From: a virus
Lineage: Duplodnaviria > Heunggongvirae > Uroviricota > Caudoviricetes
Reading direction: 5' to 3' (one strand)
Virus record (IMG/VR): IMGVR_UViG_2617270991_000004
DNA: 19,512 bases
Part shown: positions 1 to 9,611 of the stretch, in pieces
How the letters are laid out: every line of letters starts with the position of its first letter
Numbering within the stretch: position 1 is the first letter of the stretch
Position numbers and translations under genes: made by a program
Notes under the pieces: model-generated
Databases searched by the model: none
Seen by the model: the letters and a program-made list of their open reading frames with translations, nothing else
What the model was told of the DNA's origin: nothing

Positions 1-559
1 GATTCGGCACTGATGAACCAAAACAGCACAGCAGCACATCGCCCGGCTGTGCCGCTGACAACGGCACCTGATACAGCCCCGTCGCCTCCAGATTATCCAG
101 ATAGAGATTCTGGCCGTTACGCCACCAGTCATCCTCACGATAAAAGTCCGGCATCTCAATCCCCGCCAGATGATAAGCATCCCGGAACAGTGTGTAACAG
201 TCCGTCACACCGTGCTCAAAGCGCCGCCCGGTGAGATGCGGCACACAGCGGAACTTATGAATCGTCCCCCGGCAGACCAGCCACCACGGCAAATCACTCT
301 GCACCTGCAGCCGCCGGTCGGCCTCACTCAGCCAGGGCAGACCACCGGGGTGGCTGTGGACCAGCGCCACAATCTCACCCTGCATTTCTGCCTGCAGCCA
401 GTCTTCCGGCGACATACGGAAATACGCCTCCGGCTCACCGGAGATATTCACGCAGGGAAAATATCTTTCCCCCTCCGGCGTGCTTACCACGAAGCCGCAC
501 GACTCCGCTGGCGCACATCGCCGGGCGTGCGCCAGAATCGCTGATTCTGTCTGTGTCAT
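1..559 (-). CDS. K: Tail assembly protein K (MPN/NlpC-P60 type), partial; C-terminus runs off the left window edge
   Basis: Reverse-complement translation from ATG at 559 gives MTQTESAILAHARRCAPAESCGFVVSTPEGERYF..., matching recalled lambda gpK. Absent from the ORF track because no stop lies in the window. Sits directly downstream of L as in lambda. Confidence 0.85.
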   Translation of the reverse strand, partial: MTQTESAILAHARRCAPAESCGFVVSTPEGERYFPCVNISGEPEAYFRMSPEDWLQAEMQGEIVALVHSHPGGLPWLSEADRRLQVQSDLPWWLVCRGTIHKFRCVPHLTGRRFEHGVTDCYTLFRDAYHLAGIEMPDFYREDDWWRNGQNLYLDNLEATGLYQVPLSAAQPGDVLLCCFGSSVPN

Positions 560-564
560 GGGAT

Positions 565-1263
565 TTACTGCGAAAGTTTGTTAATGGAAAGGAAGCTGCC
601 AAAGTTGCCGACATTATTGCGAAACTTACAGCCACTCAGGCATTTGCTGCATTTATCCTTCGTGATATCGGACGTCGGCTGGTCATATTCATCCGCGACC
701 GCCGGACCGCTATAACCGCACTCATCGCCGCGATAGGTCCAGGTGCAGGTGTTGGCCAGCATGATACGTCCCGGAAAAACAGCGCCATCCGTTTCCGTCG
801 GCGTGGACAGTACAAAGGAGGCACTCACCGCGCTCAGTTCGCTGCACTGCTCAATGCGCCAGCGGCTGATCACCTCCTGCTCCGGATCGGCGTAACTGTT
901 TCCGTTGACGAAGTTCACCGCATCCAGAAAACGGGCGTAAACCTTACGCCGGACCACCGTTCCGCCGACCAGACTCTGCATATCTTCCGCCATCCCGGTG
1001 ACCATACCGTACAGGTTAGAAACCGTCAGCGTGGGGCGCGTACTGGTGCCTTTGCCATTCAGTTCAAAACCGCTCCCCTGAATGGGATACGGCTGATACT
1101 GTCGCCCCTGCCAGGTGACCGGCTCACCTTTTTCGTTCTGCTCATTACAGAAAAAATAACGTTCTCCACCGACCTCTGTCAGGTCGATTTCCCAGAGCAC
1201 CACGCTGGCCGACTGCTCCGCACGGGTGCATTCATTCAGTGTTTCCTGCCGGATATCCTGCAT
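565..1263 (-). CDS. L: Minor tail protein L
   Basis: 232-aa ORF, same length and position as lambda gpL, with several Cys residues as in lambda L. Start ATG overlaps the M stop (TGATG). Confidence 0.88.
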   Translation of the reverse strand: MQDIRQETLNECTRAEQSASVVLWEIDLTEVGGERYFFCNEQNEKGEPVTWQGRQYQPYPIQGSGFELNGKGTSTRPTLTVSNLYGMVTGMAEDMQSLVGGTVVRRKVYARFLDAVNFVNGNSYADPEQEVISRWRIEQCSELSAVSASFVLSTPTETDGAVFPGRIMLANTCTWTYRGDECGYSGPAVADEYDQPTSDITKDKCSKCLSGCKFRNNVGNFGSFLSINKLSQ

Positions 1264-1592
1264 CAGTTCACCACCTGTTCAAACTCTGCGCTGAACTCAA
1301 CACGCAGCATACTGACCCGCGACGACCATTTTGCGCAGGTCACCTTTATCTGCCGCCACTCATAAGGCGGCGTCCACAGAAAGGATTTCCAGCCCCCGTG
1401 CTCTTCCAGAAACGACTCCAGTACCGTGGCCTCCTCACGGGGGACAGAAAGCGTCACGCTGTACGTTTTCAGGTTGGCATTCAGCCCGGCAGGCGCTCGC
1501 TGGGAATAGCCATCACCAAAGCGCACCTTTCTTACAGAAGGGACCGAAGCCACATCCATACCGGGTTTCACTTTCCAGCGGAAGGTCTTCAT
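1263..1592 (-). CDS. M: Minor tail protein M
   Basis: 109-aa ORF, same length and position as lambda gpM. ATGA overlap with the H stop. Confidence 0.88.
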   Translation of the reverse strand: MKTFRWKVKPGMDVASVPSVRKVRFGDGYSQRAPAGLNANLKTYSVTLSVPREEATVLESFLEEHGGWKSFLWTPPYEWRQIKVTCAKWSSRVSMLRVEFSAEFEQVVN

Positions 1593-4150
1593 CGTCCACC
1601 TCCGGAGAACAGGCCACCATCACGCATCTGTGTCTGAATTTCATCACGGGCACCCTTGCGGGCCATGTCATACACTGCCTTCATCATCTGTGGACCTGGC
1701 AGACCATTCGTACCGTCGTTCTGAATCACCACGTGATTGTTCTGATTAAAATTAATGCCTTCAGCCCGCCGCATCTGCGCCGGACTTCCGGCACCGCCCA
1801 CATAACCACCTTCCGCATAGCCCCGCATCAGGCGGTACAGGTTGCCCACGCCAATCCGGCTGGTTGCCTCCTTCGTGAAGACAAACTCACCACGGTGAAC
1901 AATCCCCGCTGGCTCATATTTGCCGCCGGTTCCCGTAAATCCTCCGGTCGCAAAATGGAATTTCGCCGCAGCGGCCTGAATGGCTGTACCGCCTGACGCG
2001 GATGCGCCGCCACCAACAGCCCCGCCAATGGCGCTGCCGATACTCCCGACAATCCCCACCATTGCCTGCTTAAGCAGAATTTCTGTCATCATGGACAGCA
2101 CGGAACGGGTGAAGCTGCGCCAGTTCTGCTCACTGCCGGTCAGCATCGCCGCCATATTCTGCGCAATACCATCAAAGGTCTGCGCGGCTGCACTTTTAAC
2201 CTGCGACATACTGTCCGTGGCGCTCTCTTCCCACTCACACCAGCCGGACTTCAGGCCTGCCATCCAGTTCCCGCGAAGCTGGTCTTCAGCCGCCCAGGTC
2301 TTTTTCTGCTCTGACATGACGTTATTCAGCGCCAGCGGATTATCGCCATACTGTTCCTTCAGGCGCTGTTCCGTGGCTTCCCGTTCTGCCTGCCGGTCAG
2401 TCACCCCCCGGCTTTTCGCATCAATGGCGGCCCGTTTTGCCCGTTGCTGCTGTGCGAATTTATCCGCCTGCTGCGCCAGCGCGTTCAGGCGCTCCTGATA
2501 CGTAACCTTGTCGCCAAGTGCAGCCAGCTGGCGTTTGTACTCCAGCGTCTCATCTTTATGCGCCAGCAGGGATTTCTCCTGTGCGGATAGCTGGCGACGT
2601 TGTGCCGCCTCCTCCAGTACCGCGAACTGATTTTCAGCCTTCCACAAATCCCGGCGCTGCTGGCTGATTTTCTCATTCGCTCCGGCATGCTTCTCCAGCG
2701 TCCGGAGTTCTGCCTGAAGCGTCAGCAGGGCAGCATGAGCACTGTCTTCCTGACGATCGCCCGCAGACACTTTCACGCCGGACTGTTTCGGCTTTTTCAG
2801 CGTCGCTTCATAGTCCTTTTTCGCCGCCGCCATCAGCGTGTTGTAATCTGCCTGCAGAATTTTCCCGTCCTTCAGTGCCTTGTTCAGTTCTTCCTGACGG
2901 GCGGTATATTTCTCCAGCGGCGTCTGCAGGCGTTCATAAGCCTTCTGCGCCTCTTCGGTATATTTCAGCCGTGACGCTTCGGTATCGCTCTGCTGCTGCG
3001 CATTTTTGTCCTGTTGAGTCTGCTGCTCAGCCTTCTTTCGGGCGGCTTCAAGCGCAAGACGGGCCTTTTCACGATCATCCCAGTAACGCGCCCGCGCTTC
3101 ATCGTTAACAAAATAATCATCCTTGCGCAGATTCCAGATGTCGTCTGCTTTCTTAAACGCAGCCTCTGCCTTAATCAGCATCTCCTGCGCGGTATCAGGA
3201 CGACCAATATCCAGCACCGCATCCCACATGGATTTGAAGGCCCGCGCTGTCCTGTCTGCCCAGGTCTCCAGCGTGCCCATGTTCTCTTTCAGGCGGCGGG
3301 TCTGGTCATCAAACCCTTTCGTTGCGGCCTCGTTCGCCGCCTGCAATGCCCCGGCTTCATCGCCGGAACGCTGCAACTGAGCAACATACGCAATCTGCTC
3401 CGCCGTCACGTTATGGAACTGGCGTGCCATCGCTGTCAGCCCTGACGTCGGGTCTGTGGTCAGCTTCCCGAAGGCTTCAGCGACCTTGTCCACCTCCACG
3501 CCGGATGCAGAGGAGAAACGCGCCACACTCTGGCTGATGGATGCAATCTGAGCCTCACCGCTTACTCCCGCCTTAACCAGTGCGCTGAGTGACTCGCTGG
3601 TCTGGTTAAACGTCAGCCCTGCCGCCTGCCCGGCTCTGGACAGGACCAGCATGCGATCTGCCGTCAGACCCGACTGATTGCCGGAAAGGACCAGCGTTTT
3701 GTTGAAATCGGACAGGGTTGAGTTGCCCTGATACCAGGCATACGCCAGCGCACCGGTCGCCACCGCCAGCGAGGTGGCCCCGACCATCGGCAGGGTGATC
3801 GCACCGGCAAGCCCCCTGAACATGGGGATCATCCCGCCGAAGGAGTCCTTAACCTGACCACCCTGTTGCAGCAGGATCAGCCACGGACTTTGCCCGCCTG
3901 CAAGCTGCGTGGCCACGTCGGTGAACTGTGCAGGCAGCATACGCATGGCGGCTTTATACTGCCCGACGGAAATCCCCGCTTTCTGTGCAGCCAGCGCCTG
4001 TCGGCTCAGCGACTGTTCAACAGCACTGGCGGTTTTTCTGGCGTCGGTATCCAGACCTGAAAAATGACGCCTTACCCGGCTCATCTGCTCATCGAAACGG
4101 ACAGCATCCAGACTCAGGTCAATAACAAGATCACCAACCGGCTGGGACAT
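1589..4150 (-). CDS. H: Tail tape measure protein H
   Basis: 853-aa ORF, same length as lambda gpH. Long Ala/Gln/Lys-rich coiled-coil middle, Gly-rich hydrophobic C-terminal segment, lies between G/T and M. Confidence 0.92.
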   Translation of the reverse strand: MSQPVGDLVIDLSLDAVRFDEQMSRVRRHFSGLDTDARKTASAVEQSLSRQALAAQKAGISVGQYKAAMRMLPAQFTDVATQLAGGQSPWLILLQQGGQVKDSFGGMIPMFRGLAGAITLPMVGATSLAVATGALAYAWYQGNSTLSDFNKTLVLSGNQSGLTADRMLVLSRAGQAAGLTFNQTSESLSALVKAGVSGEAQIASISQSVARFSSASGVEVDKVAEAFGKLTTDPTSGLTAMARQFHNVTAEQIAYVAQLQRSGDEAGALQAANEAATKGFDDQTRRLKENMGTLETWADRTARAFKSMWDAVLDIGRPDTAQEMLIKAEAAFKKADDIWNLRKDDYFVNDEARARYWDDREKARLALEAARKKAEQQTQQDKNAQQQSDTEASRLKYTEEAQKAYERLQTPLEKYTARQEELNKALKDGKILQADYNTLMAAAKKDYEATLKKPKQSGVKVSAGDRQEDSAHAALLTLQAELRTLEKHAGANEKISQQRRDLWKAENQFAVLEEAAQRRQLSAQEKSLLAHKDETLEYKRQLAALGDKVTYQERLNALAQQADKFAQQQRAKRAAIDAKSRGVTDRQAEREATEQRLKEQYGDNPLALNNVMSEQKKTWAAEDQLRGNWMAGLKSGWCEWEESATDSMSQVKSAAAQTFDGIAQNMAAMLTGSEQNWRSFTRSVLSMMTEILLKQAMVGIVGSIGSAIGGAVGGGASASGGTAIQAAAAKFHFATGGFTGTGGKYEPAGIVHRGEFVFTKEATSRIGVGNLYRLMRGYAEGGYVGGAGSPAQMRRAEGINFNQNNHVVIQNDGTNGLPGPQMMKAVYDMARKGARDEIQTQMRDGGLFSGGGR

Positions 4151-5002
4151 ATCTCACACCTCCCGGAATCCCCGCTGAAGCCATCATTAATGCGGCATCA
4201 TCCACCATGACATCCGCCACATCCGCAGACGATAAAATATCGCGCCCTCCGTCCCCACCGAACCGGACGCCTCCGGCAAGTCCTGCCGCTTTCTGCATCA
4301 GCATTTTGTCCTCATCCGGCCTCTCCACCTGCTCTTCCTCATGCCGGGGGACAAGCAGACTGAAATCAGAGGGATGCATATCCGGATCGCAAAAAAACAG
4401 GCTGAGTACAGCGTACGTCAGCCCGGAAAAATGCATATCCAGCTGGGTATCCTGAAAATAATGCGTGCGGTAAAAACGGTGCCAGTCGGCATATTCGGTG
4501 GATGTCATCCCGGCAAGCATGGCGCGCCAGTCGGGTCTCCCCATCTCACGCGCCAGTCTGAGGGCAAAGTTCAGCTCGCCGTCGAAGACTTTCCCGCAGA
4601 AAAATCATCATCAGTCAGCGTGTTATTTTTCGCCACTTCAGTAATATCAGTATCCGGACGAACAGCTTCGATCATCCCGGACAGGCACAACACCACGTCT
4701 TCCGCCCGGGCAATGGCATCGGCAGGCCAGGTGGTGAGCACTTCCTGCTCTATCTTCATCACGGCCTCATTCATTGACGGTGACTGCGTTTTCTGTGGAT
4801 GGTTATGCCACAGGGACATCGCCACCAGAAACGCGCCGGTTCTGACGAGATCTTCCACGCTTACCTGCAGGTTGCCGCAGGATTCTGCCTGTTCTGCACG
4901 CCGTTTCAGGAGGGCAAGATGCTCGATACGCTGCAGCGCAGACAATTCGGAAAGCGTGACAGACACACCGTTATATTCAAATTGTTCTGTTTTCAGAAAC
5001 AT
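4131..5002 (-). CDS. T: Tail assembly chaperone G-T fusion made by programmed -1 frameshift (T portion is ORF 4131..4544)
   Basis: Minus-strand heptamer G GGA AAG (plus coords 4590-4596) is in the G zero frame 6 codons before the G stop. A -1 slip reads GGG AAA GTC ... into the frame of the 4131..4544 ORF (MGRPDWRAML...). Same arrangement as lambda G/GT. Confidence 0.85.
4571..5002 (-). CDS. G: Tail assembly chaperone G
   Basis: 143-aa ORF starting MFLKTEQFEYNGVSVTLSELSALQRIEHLALLKR, close to recalled lambda gpG. Slippery heptamer GGGAAAG lies just before its stop. Confidence 0.9.
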   Translation of the reverse strand: MFLKTEQFEYNGVSVTLSELSALQRIEHLALLKRRAEQAESCGNLQVSVEDLVRTGAFLVAMSLWHNHPQKTQSPSMNEAVMKIEQEVLTTWPADAIARAEDVVLCLSGMIEAVRPDTDITEVAKNNTLTDDDFSAGKSSTAS

Positions 5003-5015
5003 GTATTACCTCCGT

Positions 5016-5768
5016 TTACCCTGCAGCGCCCGCTTCAGTAACGGTGACTTCAGCCACTGCGGCGAACTGACCATTTCCGCTCACCACAGGGATCTGCACC
5101 TTACCTGTCGCCACGCCGTTTACCGTAATTGTCATATCTTTCACACTAATGGTGGCTTTCGACGGATCGGCGGAAACCGCTCTGAACGTCTTGTCGGTTG
5201 CACTTTCCGGCTCAAAAGAAACCGTCAGGGTGGTTGTTTTCCCTTTTGCCACCGTACCGGATGTCGGCGTCACCTTAATCGCACTGACCGGCGTAATTTT
5301 GCTGCGTTCTTCCGCTACAGAAGGTTTACCCACGTTAGTGACTTTCACCGTGCGGGTGATCACTTCTTTCGCCGTCACGGCCTTACCGATACTGCTGACC
5401 CAGCCACGAAACACATCCACCGTGCCATTCGGAAAACGGATTTTATAGGCCCGGACATCGCCGCTTTCAAACCAGCCTATAAGCCCTTTCTGGCCTTCCT
5501 CTCCCGGTTTCCAGGCCAGCGTAAAACTGGTATCACCTGCAGATTTCTGCCCCTGCCCGGTCGCGGTCCAGTCCGCGTCTTCATCATCCAGGTAGTTATC
5601 ATCGTAGGATTCTGCCGTCATCTCGCCCGGCGTCAGATCCTTCACCTTAGCCAGTCGCTGCCAGTCATCGTCTGACAACGGGTTTGCATAAGCATCACCC
5701 TTGCCGTTGTAAACCCACAGAGTGGTACCGGCACCTTTTACCGGCTCAAGGGGATTTGGTGTTGCCAT
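5016..5768 (-). CDS. V: Major tail tube protein V with C-terminal Ig-like domain
   Basis: 250-aa ORF in the lambda gpV position. C-terminal Thr/Val-rich beta segment ([30 protein letters not shown]...) fits a Big_2-type Ig-like domain as in lambda V. Confidence 0.9.
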   Translation of the reverse strand: MATPNPLEPVKGAGTTLWVYNGKGDAYANPLSDDDWQRLAKVKDLTPGEMTAESYDDNYLDDEDADWTATGQGQKSAGDTSFTLAWKPGEEGQKGLIGWFESGDVRAYKIRFPNGTVDVFRGWVSSIGKAVTAKEVITRTVKVTNVGKPSVAEERSKITPVSAIKVTPTSGTVAKGKTTTLTVSFEPESATDKTFRAVSADPSKATISVKDMTITVNGVATGKVQIPVVSGNGQFAAVAEVTVTEAGAAG

Positions 5769-5775
5769 ATCGTCC

Positions 5776-6171
5776 TCACATCTCGTATGTAATGGAATAA
5801 GTCAGATCTGCAGAACTCCATAACGCCATATCGTCATCACGACGATACTCATAGCCCTGCGTAACCATCGTGGTAATCAGTCCTGCCAGTGCCGGGATCG
5901 CGGTCATCGCCGGGTAAATCCGGCTTTCCATCCACTGATCAAGCTCTGAATCCGGTACCTGTGCCGGTAAAAACACCTCAATATGCAGCGTGGCCCGCCA
6001 GGTATCTGCATCCAGCTCTTCACCGGTATACTCTGCATCCGTCAGATAAACCGCGATCGCAGGAAAATCCTCTTCGTCAAAAACAACGGGGCGACCATCA
6101 AACAGCGTCGCCCCGTGTTCATGCTGCTCGAGTGCATCCAGCACTGCGGCACGAATGTCAGTGTGTTTCAT
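5776..6171 (-). CDS. U: Tail terminator protein U
   Basis: 131-aa ORF, same length and position as lambda gpU. Confidence 0.88.
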   Translation of the reverse strand: MKHTDIRAAVLDALEQHEHGATLFDGRPVVFDEEDFPAIAVYLTDAEYTGEELDADTWRATLHIEVFLPAQVPDSELDQWMESRIYPAMTAIPALAGLITTMVTQGYEYRRDDDMALWSSADLTYSITYEM

Positions 6172-6743
6172 CGTTTTATCGCAATCCTCAGTTGTTGTTT
6201 CAGCGCGTATGCCAGTTCTTTAGGCAGGCGTTCACGCCGGATACGGTCAACATTCTCATCAAATGCCTGTTTCAGTGGGGCCGCCATCGGGATTTTCACC
6301 ACCTGAATGGGAAGGCGATTACGCTTTTTCCTTCCCTTGTCGTCATTGCCCTCCTCATATCTGGCCTGGGGAAGACGTTGCATAACATGCCAGCGCCCAT
6401 TATTTAATCGCTGGATAAATGCCCGCTGATAACGATGCTGACCGGCTTTGAGTATGCTGTTCGGACGACGCCCCAGCATTCTGATCCCCAGCTTAATCAC
6501 AGGGAGATCACCGCGGTTAACGATAATTCTGGCATTCGGATTTCTGACCGTCGCCCGTTTCAGTCTGGACCGTTCCTTTACCAGTTTCCGTCTCACCCTG
6601 GTTTCCCGGGCAACCTGTGACGAAGACTGATTAATCGCCGTTATGGCCACGCGGTTAATGGTCATTGCAGAAGCAGCCGGAATGGCGTTTTTACGAACCC
6701 GGCTCAGATTGTCAATCGCCTGATCAAGCCCTTTTATCGCCAT
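6168..6743 (-). CDS. Z: Tail completion protein Z
   Basis: 191-aa basic protein in the lambda gpZ position (lambda Z about 192 aa). 4-nt overlap with U. Confidence 0.85.
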   Translation of the reverse strand: MAIKGLDQAIDNLSRVRKNAIPAASAMTINRVAITAINQSSSQVARETRVRRKLVKERSRLKRATVRNPNARIIVNRGDLPVIKLGIRMLGRRPNSILKAGQHRYQRAFIQRLNNGRWHVMQRLPQARYEEGNDDKGRKKRNRLPIQVVKIPMAAPLKQAFDENVDRIRRERLPKELAYALKQQLRIAIKR

Positions 6744-6757
6744 AATTCACCCTGCGT

Positions 6758-7111
6758 TTATCGTCGCCGGTTAACTGCGGGTGGTTGCCCACGGTTGAGC
6801 CAGAGATAACAGCTGCCCCCGTCATCCGGAGAAACACGATCCACCCAGAATGTCTCACCATTAATGGTCAGCGTGTCACCACGCCGCACGGCACGAACCG
6901 TATCCGTCCGCACAAATAATGACGGGCAGCTTCCTTCAATACGGACCCCGCCACCGGCAACCCCCAGCGACTCCGGATCGTCAAAAACCCCCTGAACTTC
7001 GCTGCCACACTGTGCCCCCGAGGTGAACTGCGCACAGAGTCCCATCACTTCAACGATCGTACTGTCTACCCCGGCGAGGGCAGCATCAAAGGCATTCTGA
7101 AAATCACGCAT
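6758..7111 (-). CDS. FII: Head-tail joining protein FII
   Basis: 117-aa ORF ending ...VDRVSPDDGGSCYLWLNRGQPPAVNRRR, near-identical to the recalled lambda gpFII C-terminus. Confidence 0.9.
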   Translation of the reverse strand: MRDFQNAFDAALAGVDSTIVEVMGLCAQFTSGAQCGSEVQGVFDDPESLGVAGGGVRIEGSCPSLFVRTDTVRAVRRGDTLTINGETFWVDRVSPDDGGSCYLWLNRGQPPAVNRRR

Positions 7112-7487
7112 ATTCAGCCGTTCCGTGCTGTATCATGGCCGTTGCCAGTGATGATGGCACCAGAACACGCATACCCCGTAACGCCAGCTCAACGGGACGA
7201 CCTGTCTCCGGGCAATACCCCATTACTTGCAGGCACTTCCGTACCCGGACGGCTTTAACATCATCCGGAGCATCCGTGTTGTTCAACTGCTCACCATCGT
7301 CTGTGTGATTTTGATCAGCCCCGCTCTCATCAGAGTGCATAATGCCCTCCGGGGAAACAGCAAGCTCCTCTTCCCACTCAGACACACGTTGCGCAATATC
7401 CGCAGCACTCCCCGACATATCCGCCTCGCGCCCCAGCAGGCCAGCCAGTTGACGAAGACGATTCAGATTTTCTTCTTTTGTTGCCAT
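7104..7487 (-). CDS. FI: DNA packaging protein FI
   Basis: Acidic protein in the lambda FI position. Start placed at the internal ATG (MATKEENLNRLRQLAG...) because it has an AGGAGG SD 6 nt upstream; the 16-codon upstream extension of the track ORF (to 7535) overlaps a terminator hairpin. Confidence 0.8.
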   Translation of the reverse strand: MATKEENLNRLRQLAGLLGREADMSGSAADIAQRVSEWEEELAVSPEGIMHSDESGADQNHTDDGEQLNNTDAPDDVKAVRVRKCLQVMGYCPETGRPVELALRGMRVLVPSSLATAMIQHGTAEYA

Positions 7488-7500
7488 CTCAGCCTCCTGT

Positions 7501-7531
7501 GAAAAAAGACACGGGGGCATTTCGCCCCCGC
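7501..7531 (-). terminator. Intrinsic terminator-like hairpin between E and FI
   Basis: Minus-strand RNA has a 7-bp all-GC stem CGGGGGC/GCCCCCG with 5-nt loop, followed by UGUCUUUUUUC. It starts just after the E stop codon. Confidence 0.7.
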
Positions 7532-7538
7532 TCACGGA

Positions 7539-8567
7539 TTATTTCACCTGCACCACCACAAACTCATCCGGATCCGGCAGCACCATCAGCGGTGCGGACT
7601 GCGTCATGGTGAATTCACGGGCCGGATCGCCCACAGTCAGCCAGTGTTTCGGATAACGGGAAGAGGCCACCACACCTTCGGACAACGCCTGCGCATCCTG
7701 AATGGCACCATAGCAACGAATGCCCTCTGCTGCCGTATTCCCCAGGACCAGTGTGCCCACCGGCAGATAACGTTTTTCGGTACCGTCGTCTGCCACATAA
7801 GACGTTTTCGCCACCACAATGGCCAGATCACCGTAATACCCTTTGAAAGACACCACCGCTCCCAGGTCTTTCACTGCCGTTTCGAGTTGTGAATTTGAGC
7901 CGCGACGGGTATCCAGTTTTTCGCGGAACAGCTTAAAGCCATTCAGCAGACGCCAGACCGTACCGTCCATAATGGCAATATTTACAAGACCGCTGGCCTG
8001 ATCGCAGTAAAGGTCAATATCATGCGTCGGATCAAACGTATCACGGTCCTGCTCAGACCATTTTTTACCGTCGGCCTGCTCAATGTTATTTCCTTCAGAG
8101 CGTCCGAAATCCACCTCGACCGTGTCAAACTGTTCCCCTTCCATGGTGTATTTGCCATACAGCACGGCATTCACCGCCTGCATTTCTTCCACCTGGACAA
8201 TGGCGTGCTCTTCCTGTTTGAGGTTATCGGTAATGATACGCAGACGACGGTAGGCCGGGTCGTTCAGCTGAGCCGGATCTTCACCAGGAAGGCGCTCAAC
8301 CGCCTGCTGGTAATTAAATTCGTGTTTGGGCTTGACGTAGCCCGGACGTAACACGCGGGTTTCACCACCGCGATGGCGAAGCACTTTTCCTTCAACGATC
8401 GGGGAGACATAGGCCGCCACCGGCGTTTTTCCGGTAATTTTGTCCAGCATCACCTCTTCGGTGTGGAAATTCACCGTACGGCGGAAAAACAGCTCCAGAA
8501 ACAGCGCACGGAATTTAACTTTTTGTTCGGTATAACCGAGTAACTGGCGGGTCGTAAACAATCCCAT
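7539..8567 (-). CDS. E: Major capsid protein E
   Basis: 342-aa ORF with long collinear motifs shared with recalled lambda gpE (VSPIV.G, PGYVKPKHE, DPAYRR, VEEMQAV, KYTM.GE, KEKLDTRRGSNS.LETAVKDLG, GDPAREFTM.QSAPLM). Confidence 0.93.
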   Translation of the reverse strand: MGLFTTRQLLGYTEQKVKFRALFLELFFRRTVNFHTEEVMLDKITGKTPVAAYVSPIVEGKVLRHRGGETRVLRPGYVKPKHEFNYQQAVERLPGEDPAQLNDPAYRRLRIITDNLKQEEHAIVQVEEMQAVNAVLYGKYTMEGEQFDTVEVDFGRSEGNNIEQADGKKWSEQDRDTFDPTHDIDLYCDQASGLVNIAIMDGTVWRLLNGFKLFREKLDTRRGSNSQLETAVKDLGAVVSFKGYYGDLAIVVAKTSYVADDGTEKRYLPVGTLVLGNTAAEGIRCYGAIQDAQALSEGVVASSRYPKHWLTVGDPAREFTMTQSAPLMVLPDPDEFVVVQVK

Positions 8568-8596
8568 AAATCAGTTCCTTTCATTAAGAAATCAGT

Positions 8597-8616
8597 CAGG
8601 CCAACGCGGTGGCCTG
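8597..8616 (-). other. Stem-loop in the D-E intergenic region
   Basis: Perfect 7-bp inverted repeat CAGGCCA / TGGCCTG with 6-nt spacer, between the D stop and E start. May modulate mRNA processing or translation; function not established. Confidence 0.4.
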
Positions 8617-8624
8617 ATAACGTG

Positions 8625-8972
8625 TTACGGCAGCGCCGCGTGACTCAGGGCACTGCCGGTAAAGGCGTTGGCCTTTTTGTGTTCATCCACACTTTCAGGC
8701 CAGCGGATTGCCTCCGTCGCAAAGGTCCCCGACTTGTAATAGGTCAGCACCGCCTCTGTGCCTTCAAGCGGCAGTACCAGTATGCCAACCGCACTACCGG
8801 CTTTCTGTCCGTCCCAGACCACCAGTTTCCCGGTGGCCCCATCCAGCATCAGGGGTGTCAGTGCCGGTGTTGCCGAGGAAATCCCGCTGCTGCCTGTGGC
8901 GGTGTGAGCCGGATCATTACCGGCAAAAATACGTACTTCCGCACGCTGTTCAGTGATGGTTTTCGTCACCAT
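8625..8972 (-). CDS. D: Head decoration protein D
   Basis: 115-aa ORF containing NDPAHTATG...TPLMLD...KLV.WDG...AVGIL...YKSGTF, matching recalled lambda gpD motifs. Confidence 0.9.
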   Translation of the reverse strand: MVTKTITEQRAEVRIFAGNDPAHTATGSSGISSATPALTPLMLDGATGKLVVWDGQKAGSAVGILVLPLEGTEAVLTYYKSGTFATEAIRWPESVDEHKKANAFTGSALSHAALP

Positions 8973-9008
8973 ATTGTTAAAACCTCGTATTGATGTTCAG
9001 CACTGACT

Positions 9009-9611
9009 TCATGGCATGGCCATGAGCATTTTCACGTCCGCATCACCGTCTTCTGACGCCTGTGACACGCCCCCCTGGACCGCAGCCGGTGAATGGTTCG
9101 CCATGAAATGTTCAAACAGGGCGGTTGTGGATGCAGAGACCGGTTCTGCCTTACCTGATCCCGCAGCCAGCACAGCCCGGGCGCTCTCCACGGTCATTCC
9201 CGGGCAGGCAGCCAGCTGTTCAGCCTGCGCCTCAGCCCCTTTTGCCTCATCCAGGGCCATGATCTGATCACGGAGTGATGGTCCGGCATTCGCCTGCGGT
9301 GAAGCAGCCAGGATCGGGCGGGCTTTTTCCACCGTCATCTCCGGCATCGCCGCCAGCGTTACTGCCAGTTGTTCACGACCGTTCGCTTCTTCACACGCCA
9401 TAATGCGATCGGCTTCACTCTGCGCGGATGCCACCGGCTGCTGCGGTGCCGCCGCGGCCAGAATCGCCCGGGCCTGTTCAACGCTCATGCCCTGTTGCCC
9501 TGCCAGCATCGTGGCAAGCTGTTCACGTCCTTTCGCTTCCTGGCATGTCAGGATCCCCATCACTCGCTGGTTCTCCTGCACGGCGGCTTCCGTTGCAGTT
9601 AATTGCGGCAT
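9009..9611 (-). CDS. Nu3: Nested in-frame scaffolding protein Nu3 (internal start inside C)
   Basis: Internal ATG at 9611 is in frame with C and preceded by a strong SD (tcAGAGGAGGcact ATG). Product starts MPQLTATEAAVQENQR... and shares the C stop, as for lambda Nu3. Confidence 0.6.
   Translation of the reverse strand: MPQLTATEAAVQENQRVMGILTCQEAKGREQLATMLAGQQGMSVEQARAILAAAAPQQPVASAQSEADRIMACEEANGREQLAVTLAAMPEMTVEKARPILAASPQANAGPSLRDQIMALDEAKGAEAQAEQLAACPGMTVESARAVLAAGSGKAEPVSASTTALFEHFMANHSPAAVQGGVSQASEDGDADVKMLMAMP

Noticed and set aside
553-1365. 270-aa plus-strand ORF, and similar plus-strand ORFs at 1331..1996, 1980..2498, 9798..10499 and 13060..13761
   Set aside because: All overlap well-supported minus-strand lambda-like genes (L, M, H, C, A) on the opposite strand and show low-complexity biased composition.
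4341-5675. 444-aa plus-strand ORF
   Set aside because: Antisense to G and V, which have strong lambda homology. The frame is Arg/Cys/His-rich with no plausible RBS; a typical spurious open frame in GC-rich DNA.
7104-7535. 143-aa version of FI starting at the upstream ATG
   Set aside because: The extra 16 codons overlap the terminator hairpin after E and have no SD. The internal ATG at 7487 has an AGGAGG SD and gives a lambda-like length.
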